A stretch of DNA of 62,384 bases, counting the filler, from Dimorphilus gyrociliatus (Eukaryota; Animalia; Annelida): NCBI GenBank assembly GCA_904063045.1. It is 3 parts of 3 records of this genome, joined end to end, with 100 filler letters (N's around TTAATTAATTAA, not from the genome) between each part and the next. Parts side by side here need not be neighbours in the genome. Positions count along the whole stretch, not along the records: positions 30,367 to 61,190 come from CAJFCJ010000135.1; 2 more parts are not named here. The stretch is one strand, 5' to 3'. A program made the position numbers and the translations under genes. Numbering within the stretch: position 1 is the first letter of the stretch; each line of letters begins with the position of its first letter. Under the pieces are notes generated by a model, which saw only the letters and a program-made list of their open reading frames with translations, did no database searches and was not told where the DNA came from. This document shows positions 47,424-60,160 of this stretch, one piece after another.

Positions 47424-48294
47424 AATTGAAGCAATAGATATATCAAAATAATGTTAATGTGATATGTTTGCAGTAATTATCAGTGATTGGTCAATGAAAT
47501 GAAAATAAATAGAATAATCATCCCCAAAGATTTTGAAAATAGAACACCTCATCCTGTACATAACCCTAATGTGGATATCACAACACTAAGTCAAACTTTA
47601 AAAGCTGCTTTGGGATTGCTCCCAAAAATGTATACTCAGTAATCCATGTCTTTGAACTATTTCAAATAAAACATAGAATGCAACAAAAACATTCTTTATG
47701 CTATTCAAAGCCTGCATGGGAGTTTTTGTAAAACTACAAATTTAACAATCATTTCTGTCTCATCCTTTGAAGAATTACAAGGTCAGCTCTAATCAAATGA
47801 TCTGTTTGGTTTTTGCATAAAATTAACTTTTCTTTGCTGCCATAACAATTGGAGACTACCAGTAATAATCTCTTTGCAGCTATTAATTTTTTAAATGCAT
47901 TCTCATTTTTGTTTGTAAATTTCTGATACAAAGCTTACGCTAACCAAATAGTTGATTTTGAAATAAGAAATCCATCCATCAGATTTATTTCAAAATCTAA
48001 ATCTCTTTTTCCTGCATTCATAAAACTTCTCTTTACAAAGTTCAATGTATTTTCTTGCAAAACGAATATTAATTTTCAAATTGAAGAAAGAAAAAATCTT
48101 TTGGCCCTCTGTACTGAAGAAGAAGAAAAACAAGAGATTTCTGATTTGGGTACCAACAACAATTTAGAATTTCAAAGAAATTCCACCTTTAACCTGTCTA
48201 TTAATAATAAATTGTTTATTTTGGGCTTTACTTGCCATACTTACCAAAATTAATAATTAGAGATTAAATATGAATCATACCTTTTTTCTGGGGT

Positions 48295-48478
48295 CAACAG
48301 AAAAGAACTTTCAAGACTAGATTTTGGATTGAGAAATGGTTAGGAAGAAGAAGAGAGCAACTGATTTGTATTGAGAAAACTCTCCTCTAAGGGTTAGGGC
48401 TAATGCAAAAGGTTAGGTACTGACAAGGTCTGGGTTAGGTTTAGGGTAAAAGCACTCATTTGTGGATGTTTTCTGTCG
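48295..48478. mobile_element. MITE copy with TTAGGG-like hexamers
   Basis: CAACAGAAAA...GTGGATGTTTTCTGTCG. Related inverted copy at 51019-51154 and half copy at 52000-52099. Confidence 0.7.
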
Positions 48479-48792
48479 CATCCCTCCACAAATAGTCCTA
48501 AGAAATGTAATTTAAGTAGAAATTAAGGAACAATATGCCAGTATTTTATTTAAAGGATATGTATTGAGTAAATGAGTTTCTAGTTCTAAACAAGTAAGTT
48601 TAAACAAGCTCCTTGTCCTGCATATATATCACAAAAAGGATCAAAATTCATTGTAAAAAATGAAAGTCATCTTCATACTTGCTTTAGAAAATTTGGTTTT
48701 TGTATTATGGATAGGCCTTAACCCTAACCCTAACACTGTACCAGGAGAAATGGCTAAAGTTTTATTCAGCATTGATGTATACCCCAAATCTC

Positions 48793-51700
48793 CTAATAAA
48801 GAGCTGTACCACTGTAAGAAACATTCATTTGTTGCTCTCCTCTAAAACTGTTTTTTAGTTTATCGTGGAAATCTATCCATCCCTGTTCTTGCAGTTTTGT
48901 CTGAAGCCTTGCTAAAAGCTGTTCTTCCCTCTCTACTAAATTATTGAAATGTTGAAGTTCCATCCAAATATAATTCCTAATTTCTGCTAAGATAGAGAAA
49001 CGTTCCAAAAATGGTTCAGAAGGTTCTCCATAATTATTAGGGTATCTCAAAAGGCTTCCATCCCCAATAACACTAATAAACAGTTTAAAAATATGTGTTT
49101 GATTCCCTTCACTTGCCATTTCTGAAAGAATTGCATCTGTAACCAAGTTAAATCTATATTGGCAAGGATTTATGATTTTAAACAGTTTGTTATCTTTTGC
49201 CATATTCAGAAAAATTTGTTCTCTATCATCAGTACTTCCTTGAAACTGTAAAATGTTAAGGCAATGTTCCGGAATTTCCCAAGTAAAAAGCAATGGCTTA
49301 ACTGAATGAAAATTACTATTTTCATTTCTCCATCGTATGGTAAAGTTTGTTGGATTTAGTGATTCAATAAATATTTTACCATCCCTAGTGCAAGACTCTA
49401 CTGTAATTCTTCTCTCAATTTTCTCATTGACATTGACATTAAATTCTTTCATAAATGATTGTGGTACAAAGCATGTATCGAATTGATTATTCTGAAAAAG
49501 TCAAATCATCATATCATTTCATATTCATATTTTAATAAACAATTTTTTCTTTACCTGAATTTGTGGTGAAATTCTTAAAATCAGCTTTTCTTCATCAGCT
49601 TTGTCACCATAAACATAGAACTTTATGACATTTTTTCCTTCCTTATTGACAATGATATATTCGCTGAAACCAGTAATAGGGATTTCTATAAAGCTAGTAT
49701 CCCAAATCACATTTTCAACTTTTTGCAGACATTTATCATGTTTATGATAAACAAAAACACGTTTAGGGCTTGAAGACAGAAATGGAATCTTTAGAATGCA
49801 GTCTTTATTGAATTTTTGTCCATCTGGTTTACATATTAGATGTTTAATAAATATTTGACCATCACTTCCTTTTCTAATATTTTCCATATTAGGAATTGCT
49901 TCGCCATCTTTGTAGATTTTCTCTTGTAATGAAATCTCTACTGGAGAATTTGTTGCATTGTCAGGAATACTTAGTTGAGCAAATGGACATTTTAAAGTAG
50001 TTGATATTCTATCATACCAACAATGAAAAGTAGGATTTTCAAGTAGATCTTTATTCAAATCGATATTAATACTTTTAAAATTATCCACTGACGATTTCAA
50101 TAGGTTTATTGATAGTTTTGATGAATCTTGTGAGCTGTCTGATCCGCTACTGCTGTACTTGGGAATATGAAATTTGTATTGAAACCTTTCCACTAATGAT
50201 AGATCAAGGCGAGTTCTATCAATTGTGATTTCTTCCGTATCATATTCTTCATTAGATATTTGCCGATTGATTGAAAAGACTAAGTTTTCAGCAGTACTCG
50301 GTACTTTAAAACTACGAATGGCTATGATGTTGGATAATTGCATATTTTCTGTACAAAGGCGAAACATTAATTTCCCCTTAATAGAATCCTTTTCCTCAAC
50401 AATTGATTCATTTGTAACAAATAAGAAGACTCTAATTTCACACCTGGTCTTTTTTAATGTAAATGTTTCTTTTGACTGGAAGAAGTGAATTATTGGGATA
50501 AGGTCAGTTGTGGATTGAAGTTTTATACCAATACCAATCATCTCGTGCAACTTGTCTTCAGTTTGACAAGTGACAGTAATATTCTGACAGTTTTGTTGAC
50601 ATTCACTTTTGATGTCAACTGTTAGATTGTTTGTTGTTGATTTTAAATTTAAATTGTATAGGAAAAGTCCAGATGAATCTCGAAATATTCCAATATTTTT
50701 TGCTAAATTAATTTTCAGCGGAACTTTTAGAAGTTTTCCTGTTTGATTATCCATCTTGGAGGGTTGTACTTTTTCCGGAATAGTAGGTGATGCATTCTCT
50801 AAGAGGGCTTTAAAAAAGAATAATTATTGTATTATTAAGGTTGAGACTTGAAAAAAAGGACAAAATGTAAGAAAGATAATGAAAAACAAAACTTATAGCT
50901 ACATGATTAAGTACTATACTTTGATCAACAATATACAAATTTAATCTCTTTTACATAATCGGGCACTCATCAAAGCATATATACAAGACATATGCTGAGA
51001 AAAATTATTGTACGGATGCGACAGAAAACGTCCACAAATCAGTGCTTTTACCCTAACCCTAACCCAGCCCTTAGCTGTGCCTAACCTTTTGCATTAGCCC
51101 TAACCCTTAGAAGAGACCCTCCTAAGTACAAATCAGTTGCTGTCTTCTTCTTCATGAAAACAGTAACATTGAAAGAACCCCCTCACATTCATATTTGATT
51201 TCTATGTTTCCAGGTTCAGGTAAAATCAAATCTGTAAATATAACAGAGAATTTTCCAACAGTTTCACTATTTTTTAAGCACTTTACCAATAGGCTCAATC
51301 CTTTCACGTTCAGATAAAGTAGGTGTATGCTCATCTGTAAATAAAACAGAGAATTTTTCAACAGTTTGCCTCTTATACAGTCACAGACAACATTTTTCAT
51401 GTAATATCTTTTTTTTTGATCATTTTTTCCAATTTATATCCCTTTAACTAATCAAAATAGCTGTGTTTAATATAAAAAGAACATTGGAAATTCATTAGGG
51501 TTTCATAAGGAAGAAATGGAAATTTTGTTGAAAAAAGAGAGTAAGATTTTATTAATTAAGTATTTTCTGCATATAACCTATATTTTGTAGGAAAATGAAA
51601 ATGGTTTTAAATGTTAAGGGTTAAAAAAGGTATGACACAATATTTTTTGTGTTAGGTTAGGGTTAGACTGTATTTCAATTTTAACCTATCAAGCCTTCAG

Positions 51701-52623
51701 TCTGAGGTACATGTGCTAAAGTAAAAGAAAGAAGTATGTCATTGTTAAAAAATGAAAAAATAGAGGAATTAAATAACCTTCTCCACCTTCTTCCATCATT
51801 AAAGTTTCAGAACGTTTACACCTGAACAGATCTGTTAGTTTAACAAATATTCTTTATTATTATTCAATTGCTGTTTTTAGTTCAATTCTAATAATTTACC
51901 TTTCCCTTTCCTATAACAGAAAATTAAAAGAGCCATAAAAGCCACAAAAAATATCACGAAAATTACAATGGTTAAAGTTTGATAAAAGTTTGTTGCTGTT
52001 GAATTAAAAAGATGAAAAGGAGAGGAGTTAGGTTAAGGAACAGACAAGGGCTAGGTTAGGGTTAGGGTTAAACTGTGCATTTGGGGACATTTTCTGTTGT
52101 ATCTGTAAGAATATATTCAACTTACATGATTCATTATTGCTGTTTCCCACTTGTAGGCATTTGTTTAAATCCATTCGATATCTGTAATTGCTTTTTGTAC
52201 AACTGCACAAGGTGTCTTCCCTTGAATTTCCCTCTTTGAGGACAGTCTCAAATAATCCATTACAAAGTCGTCTATTTTATCAATTGAACAATAAAATCTA
52301 TTTGTATTTACACAGCTTTGTTTTACAAACCTTTTGCTACATTTTTGAATTAGCCAGTAAGATTTAGATACTCCGTCAACAAAGATTCTACTTCCATTTT
52401 TGTCATTGAAATATCCTGGTTTACATTCTCTGCATAAATTGACAATACTGTTCTCGCAGCTTGATGGTTCAAAACCTACATCACAGACTATTTGTTGGCA
52501 ATTTCCTATTGTTGTTGAATTGTGTTCTAAAAAATTGGCTGCTGCTGATTGAAGATGAATTATTACTACATCTGTCCATAGTAAAACAATAGAGACTTTC
52601 CAATGTAATAAACTAGACATCAT
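48793..52623 (-). CDS. Receptor A: signal peptide, TNFR-like cysteine-rich ectodomain, TM, ZU5, UPA, death-domain-like C-terminus (multi-exon)
   Basis: Exons splice in phase (introns 52272-52330 and 49492-49554). CRD C..GF...C......C..C.PG.FND...C...C...DT.C.C. TM IVIFVIFFVAFMALLIFCY followed by RK. ZU5 LICKPDGQKFNKDCILKIPF...ITGFSEY. Confidence 0.8.
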
Positions 52624-53655
52624 ATTTTGGAAGGGAAGGAGGAATTACTGTTGCTAATTATAACCATTGAATTTTATGGTTATTTTTGAACGGAAGTGAC
52701 AATTACTAAGATTCAATTCAGTGGTTATAATTCAATGTTAAGGGAGCATATATTGTACTTTGTTGTAAGATATGTATTGAATATTCTGAGCTTTTATCTC
52801 TAAGCAAGAGGTTAGAAAACTAAGCTAACAACTGTTAAATTCTAAGGGTTTATATACTTTCCCAAGAGTTTAACAGTTCACAATTTCAAAGTTTGAACAA
52901 TGCAAAGTAACATTTTAACACAATTGAAAGTTCTAAAAATGGTTCCACCTTTAATTGATTTCATTCATCCTGAGTAATTAGGTCAGATAAATTTAGATGG
53001 TCAGCTTCTTTGTAAGATGTAGCAATTTTGGTAACATTCAATTCAACCATTGAAAGTGAGAAATTGGAACTGGTCCAAAAGTCAACAATAGTTGAGTTTG
53101 ACCTTTTGATACTCTTTAGCTGGCAACTAAATAAATGTTCTTAAGTGATTAAAGTAAGACTAATGTAGTTCTATAGTTGATGCTAAATTCGTTGCATTTG
53201 TTTTGCAAGAATTTTATATGCTCATGTGCGTACCTGCATTGCGGCATCCATGTATAATAGAATTGTGCTTATCCAGCGCACAATGCTATTGTTAAGTATT
53301 CATATAAAATAGTATTGAATTAAGTCTATGGTTTTCTAAAAGAGCATCTATATCGAACTGAAGTGCACATATATTATCCTTATAAATATTATTTTATTCT
53401 ATTGAAAGACAATTCAACTGCATCTTACAATAGAATTTTAGCTGTAAAAAGGTTATTCATAAATTTCAAAAAATAATCTCTTATAACTTTTTAATAACCA
53501 TATTTCCTGGTTAAGAATAGTATAGTTCTTATCAGCTTATTGATTTTAAGATTGTTGTATTACACAAATCATTTTTTGTTTATTTTTATATATGGTAAAT
53601 TCTAAAGGTGAACAGCTAAAAAAGTACTTTAAGCCTAGATGAAACTAATTTCTTT

Positions 53656-56600
53656 TTAGTAAATACTCTGATTTATGCTAGAATTTGTTGAATATGTTTG
53701 AGACAGATTGTCTTCAATGAAAGAAAGTTGAGTTGGCGTGCTATTTTTTCTCACCAATTCACATTCTCTCTCCAATAGACTTTGTAAAATAAAAAGTCTC
53801 TCCTCGACAAAATATCCATTTAACTCTTGAATAACACGTCTCTCTCTCATTTCTGAATTTTCAATATTGCAACATTTCATCCAAATATAACTTCTAACTT
53901 CCTTTAAACAAATAACACGTCCCTGCCTTGAATTAGACACTTTTTTAGAATATGCCATTTTAAATGCATTTCCATTTGCAAAAATAGAAATGTATAGTTT
54001 AAAAATTTCTGCTTCAGAGCTATGATCTACCATTTTGTAAAGAGTACTATTAGTAATAATTTGGAAATTATGGCCTCTTTTATTCCTGTGAGCAAAAGAC
54101 TCAAGTGGTCTCTGCCATTTTAGTAATATTGTCTGACTATCTCCAGTACTTTCTTCAAATTTAATTGAAAGATTACACATAGCTGGTCTTTTATAAATTA
54201 TCTTTGTAAAATGGGTTGGCATAATGGCATGGCAACCAGTATCATTTTGAACATTAATATTAAATATTGTATTTTCGGATTCAATATCCTGTTCTTCAAC
54301 TGAATGTGCAGGAAGTAATTTCAACTTTATTTCAATAGTCTTTTCAAAATTTATATTAAACTCTTTAAAAAAACATTCAGGAGAAATACACTTGCCAAAT
54401 TGATTATTCTGAAGAAAAAAGAAAAAATGAAAAGCTATAATATTGATATTATTATTGAAATAAAATATATAAAATATTTACCGGATGTTGTGGAATTATT
54501 CTTAAAATTGCGCAATTATCATCAACTTTATCACCATAAACATAAAATTTCAGGCGATCTATGCTTTCTTCATTAACTATAATATATTCATTGAAGCTGT
54601 TCAATGAAATTTTTATATAAGTCTTATGCCATTCAGAAATTTCCACTTTCTCATATTTTCCCTTTTCCTTATGATATACGCAAATATTTTCTTTACTTGA
54701 AGACAGGAATGGAATTCTAAGTGAACACATCTTTCTAAACCTTTGTCCATCAGATCTACAAACTATAGATTTAACAAACATTTGTTTCTTAGTCCTACAT
54801 TGTCCTTTCAACTCTGCAATTTTGCAAATAGCTTTGTCGGTTGTCCAGATTTCATCTTTTAATGAAATCTTTACAGGAGTTTCTGTTGCATTTTCAGGAA
54901 AACTTAATTCAGCGAAAGGACACTTTAAGACCATTGACATTCTATCATACCAACAATAAAAGGTAGGACTTTGAAAAAAATCCTTGTTCAGGTCAATGAA
55001 AATAGTTTCTAAAGTTTGCAATGAGGATTTTGGTTGTACCATAGACACATTTAAAGAGCCCAGTGAAGCGTATGAAATGTCAGAAGTAGACTCATCAATA
55101 GAAAATTCATAGTCAAAATTCAATGCTAAAGAGATATCCAGATGAGTTCTACAAAGAGTGATGCTATTTACTTTTTCTTTTCCAGTAGATGTTTGCAGTT
55201 GGAGAGAAAAGTGTAAATTTTCCTCTTCTTTAGACAATTCAAATTGACGAATGACTATAACATTTGAAGTAGGCTTTTTCATTCTTTCTGTTAATAGTGT
55301 GAAAGTTAAGTGGCCATCAATGCAATTATCTGTTACAATGGCCTTTTTCCTTGTAACAAAAAGAAAAACTGGTATATCAACAAGAGTGTGTGTAAAAGTT
55401 ATTGCTGGATTGTAAGCAAAGGAGCATTTAGTTTCGTAACCATTTCCAAATTTTTGAACTCGTACCCCAATACCAATTTTTTCCTTGAGCTTTCTATCAT
55501 GTTTACCTATAAGAGTAATTAGTTGGGAATCTTGATTAAAGAGGCTTTTGATGTAAATTTTCAGCATAACTGGATGAGAATACGAATTAAAATTATATAA
55601 AAAAATTCCAGACAAATGTTGAAATATTCCAATATTGTCTTTTAAATTTATTTCCAATGGATTATTGTTTTCTTCAAGCTTTGTTGTTGGACTGAATATG
55701 TTAGATGAAGAAAGCCTTTGTTCAATTGTAGGCGTAATGTGGGGATAGGATGTTGCTGTGTAGAAAGTAAAATTGGTGTGAAATCTAAACATAAAGATTT
55801 CGAGAAATAAACCTGTAATCTTATCTTTGTAGCTTAAGCTATTTGGCTCATAGTCCAAGTCCTAAAAAGAAATTTAGATATAGTTTAGAAGAGAAATAGT
55901 GTGGTTTTGCCTTTTTTGAACAGTGGAAAAGGGTTGAAATGTGATGTTTATCTATTGTTAGGAACATTACCTTTTTTCTGATTTCAAGTCCAAGTTGAGC
56001 TAAAAAAAAAGATGTTTATGGTAGTTAATCATTGAATTATTTATCAATATTCAAAGTGAAACCTCGAGAAACTATTCCGCCAAAATGGAAATCTGAATAT
56101 TTAACACTAAAGTTGCAAATATCTGAAATGAAAGCAATGAAAAACTGATGTTGAAAAGACCTCTTAAAACAGACAATGAACTCACCTTTCCACTTTCTGT
56201 TCTTGTAAATTAGGACCATAAATAAGATACAAGAAACACAAAAAGTAATAAAGAATATAATGAAAATATACTGATAAACATCTGTTCATAGAAAATTCAA
56301 AATGTTAATGTTTAAAAAGGAGGATATTAACAAACTTTTTGAACTATCCTTTTTTGAACATTCTTCTCGATCCATTCTATAGATATAATTATTTTGTGAG
56401 CAGTGACATATAGTATTTCTCATGTAATTTCCTTCTTTTAAGACAACTTGGAATCTCCCGGAACATTTTCGTCTAGTGTTTTTTTTTTTATTATTGTAAA
56501 AAATCATACTTGACTATTCAAATTTAATTTTTAAACCTTTTCCGACATCCTTTGGTAAGCCAGTAGGGATTTCCTTCATTTTTTATAAAAATTCTACTGC

Positions 56601-56826
56601 CTCGCTTATCGTTAAAGCTTCCGGGCTTACATTTTATGCAAGAGTCACCAGAATCATTTCCAATGCAAGGAGATGGCTCATAACCAATTTTGCAGACAAT
56701 TTCTGTGCAGTTGTGATCAGTTTTGTTTTCCAGACGAAAATTTGTTGCTAATGGTAAATATCTTGTTGTAATCTGAACCATTAGGCCAAATAGGAGAAGA
56801 AGGTGATAAGCTGAGTGAGAAATCAT
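53656..56826 (-). CDS. Receptor B: paralog of receptor A with the same architecture
   Basis: ATG at 56826. About 9 exons with phase-consistent GT-AG introns (e.g. 54409-54481, at the same position as in A). TM YIFIIFFITFCVSCILFMVLIY followed by KNRK. ZU5 IVCRSDGQRFRKMCSLRIPF. Confidence 0.82.
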
Positions 56827-57238
56827 ATTTGAAAACACATTCAGTAATAATATAATATATAAAATTTATGGTAATATTTTATCATACTAACACAGAGCGC
56901 CACCTTTAGTTTTTTTATTAAATAAAGTTATAATAAAAAAACTAAAGGTTATAAGCATTAACTAAGTATAATCTCTTTTTAGATTGCATTTAGTAAAGCT
57001 TTGGTTAAAAATAAAACTTCTTGGATATGTTCTTTAAAAATAGAATCAAAACTGAAAGGAAAAGTAGAGAATTTCCTATGGTTGTTCTAATTATCTTCCC
57101 CTTTGAATATCCATTGAAAGTACTAATAACTGTACACAAACATTCATCAGCTATACCCTACAATAGCTAAGTAGTATTGAACGAGTATTGTACTATGCAG
57201 ATAGCAGTCATAGAGATAAGCAGGATACAGACTATCTA

Positions 57239-58526
57239 CAGTGGTGAAAGAAATTTTTCGTTCTATGGAATATTTTTTTGTAAGGGCTATTTTGAAGGGT
57301 AATCAATGGCCTTGTTTTAAAAAAATATTGACTAAAATGTAGGAAATTTTGTCTAGTTTTATGAATAGTTTTCAGATACTCTTTACCTCTCCTAGTTTAC
57401 AAATTTTTTGTATATTTTTGTGAGTATGTATAATTCCGTACAGAAATTTTTTGGAAAAGGCAAGCAAATTTTTCATACACCCCCTATATCTTATTTATTT
57501 AATAATTTTTTAATTAAACATACATTTAGAAATATTAGTAGTTTAGTTTCAAGCCATTTTGTTGAATGCAAGTTAATCCTCGCTTTAACAGGGACTTATG
57601 AAGGATGATTAAATCCTTCTTCTGTTTTTTATTCAAAATTTCCAATTTTTGTTGAATACAGTACAACAAATTATCCTTTTTAGTAAATTGGGGGCCGTCA
57701 TATACAAGATTCTTCAACATGTGCCATGCATTCTCTATGGGGGAAAGGTCTGCGGAGTAAGCTGGCCAAGGTAATATTTTGCACCTTTCAGCCTTAAAAT
57801 ATTTTAGGATAATTTTGGCTTGTGGTAAGGAGCATTATCCTGTTGGAAGATGAAACTCTTCCCATATCTTCTTTTCAGGAATGGCATGACCTCTTTTTTC
57901 AAAAAAACCAAGTATCATTCCTTTGTGCACTTTATTTTGATCCTGGAAATGTGCAAGAACCCATCTGGCCCTATACATCCCCAGATCATTACTCCTCCAC
58001 CACCCAATGGATGCTTTGTTCTTAGATTTTCTGTTTCTGGGTTGAACTGCCATGTTTGGAAATTGTCTGGCCCGTCTAAGCTGAATCTACATTCATCAGA
58101 TACAATTGTTTTGTTCAAGTCAAATTTATTTTCAAACCAGCCTCTACACATTTCTACTCGTCTTAGTCTATTTTTCTTCTTTAGTGGGGGATTTTGAGGG
58201 ATTTTTTTAAATTTCCCTCCCATTTCTTTTAGGGCTTTCTGTATGGTGGTCTTTGATACCATTAAGTTGCACTTGGATGTCAACTTTGTACTTGTAACCC
58301 TTTGTTTCTCCTCTTTCATCTTATTAATCTCCCTCTTCATGATGGTTCTGTCTCTTTTCGAAAGGGAGCTTGGTCTCCCTACGCCTCTGCTTTTTTGGTA
58401 TGATGGCTTCAGAATGTATTGAACAGAAGATTTTGGAATTTTCAATAATTCTGAAATCTCTCCATAGGATAATCCTTCTTCATGTTTTCTCTTGATTAAC
58501 GCCTTAATTTCTTGACCATATGCCAT
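57239..58526 (-). mobile_element. Degenerate Tc1 element (transposase 58526 to about 57535, frameshifted; only one terminus recognised)
   Basis: HTH, IVSDECRFSLDGPD, VMIWGCI, FQQDNAPYH and WPAYSADLSPIE. TA-CAGTGG end at 57239. Confidence 0.8.
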
Positions 58527-59573
58527 ATTCAAATTTTATTTTTGATACTGGCCTATTAATATTATGCAAAGTAAAGAGTTTATAGAATTGTGTCAAGAGA
58601 ATTTCCAGACTCAAGTAATATACAGTCATTTTTTTTGGTCTTTTTCGTTTCTGTAAAGTCATCCATTTTCTTCCGGTTAAAAATTTCCTAAACAATTTAA
58701 CTCTGAATATGAAATTCTCATATATCTTTTAGGTTTAACACTTTTTATCTATGCAATTCAAAAAAATAGGATTTTAAATACAGTCCGCGACAGAAATATC
58801 CATATATGAAAAAAAAATAATTTTTTGATAAAAGAGCTTTTTTTTAAATATTTGTTGAAGAATTTGTCTGAAATTGAAATTTGGTTTCAGTTTGCTTTAA
58901 AAAAATATTTTTATACTAAAAAAAAATTTTTTAATTGAATGTTTAATAATCTTAAAAAAGAACAGAAAAATAGTGTGCCAAAAATATCCATATATCATCA
59001 ATTAACTAGTTTGGTTCCATTTTCTTGGTTACATTTCTATATTTTGTATTAATATAAGAGTTATTTTCCTATCCTGTCACCTTTGTTGGCAATATCTCAT
59101 TCTTATAGATATTTGACTAAAACTTCTCACAGACTTTTATAGATCTTTTAACATTCTTCAATTTACTTTTATGACAAACATAATTGCAGCTTTTTCTCAA
59201 AATGGTTAAGGAAAGGAAAATGTATCTTTACATTCTTTCATTGGTGAGTTTGTGGCATGTTCCCACAGGCTCCTCCATGTATTGTATTTATAATGTAAGA
59301 ATTTTTTCACAGGATTCATTTGTAGTTGGTAGAAGTTATTCAGAACTCAGATCTTAGTGTCTAGTTCAACTTTTGTTATAACCTAACATAACCCTAACCC
59401 TAACCCTACAGAGGAAGGAACATAGAATCCGATTCTAGGTCTTCTTTTGATACATTTTTGACAGGCTATAACTTTGATAGTTATCTCATCCATCAACTCC
59501 TTGCATTGAGTTTCCATTTCCATTTCTTTATCTAATTCTTCTGATGTAGTTTCAGTCTCTTCTTCAGATGAAT

Positions 59574-59830
59574 TTATATTGTGTTTGGATTAATTGGGTT
59601 GTTGTCAAATCCTCTTTTAAATTGTTTGAATTCCTTTTCATCTTCTTTCCTTGAATTGTTGAAAAATGCCTCTGCTCTTTTTGCAAGTTTAATATACTGA
59701 TCCACAGAGCTGATATTCCCATCTTTTTCTACGGGATTAACAATTTTTCCTTTAAGGCCATTCCTGAATATAGATAGCAGTTGAAGCTCTCTAACCCTTT
59801 CTGTAACACAAGCCACTTCTGTATTATTGA
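59574..59830 (-). pseudogene. Retrotransposon gag-like relic (related piece at about 34830-34930)
   Basis: LSIFRNGLKGKIV...SSVDQYIKLAKRAE resembles the F..GL...I...A...E gag motif. Confidence 0.45.
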
Positions 59831-59924
59831 GTGGTAGGAATTTTTCCACAAGTTCTTTACTTCTTCTAATAAAACTTTGAACAGTTTCATCATTAAAGTG
59901 TCTCAATGAATAAGACAGAAAACA

Positions 59925-60160
59925 GACCCAACAGAAATTGGCCACAAATCAACAGAAAATGTCCCCAACTTGAACAGAAAACGGCCCCAACTGAGACAGA
60001 AAACGGCCCAAATTGGACAGAAAACGGCCACAAAATTTTAAAATATATAATACTAATAAATTTAATAGAATAAGTTAATTTAAAATTTTTTTATTGTAGT
60101 TAGTAAATAGTGGATGAAAATTATGAATGTCTGGTTTGTCACAATGGTATTCATCCTATT
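59925..60160 (+). mobile_element. Left end of another Mutator-like element with start of a PHD-like exon
   Basis: Tandem CAGAAAA(C/T)G(G/T)CCC(C)AA units, then an AT-rich spacer, then ATG 60114 MDENYECLVCHNG, similar to the PHD start at 40750. Confidence 0.55.

Noticed and set aside
51050-52075. True telomeres
   Set aside because: The TTAGGG tracts are only 2-4 degenerate units embedded in a dispersed TIR element, in both orientations and far from contig ends.
57239-58526. Recent host-parasite transfer of Tc1 between contigs B and A
   Set aside because: The contig B transposase is only distantly similar to the three contig A transposases, shares no TIR sequence and lacks the CCC start motif.
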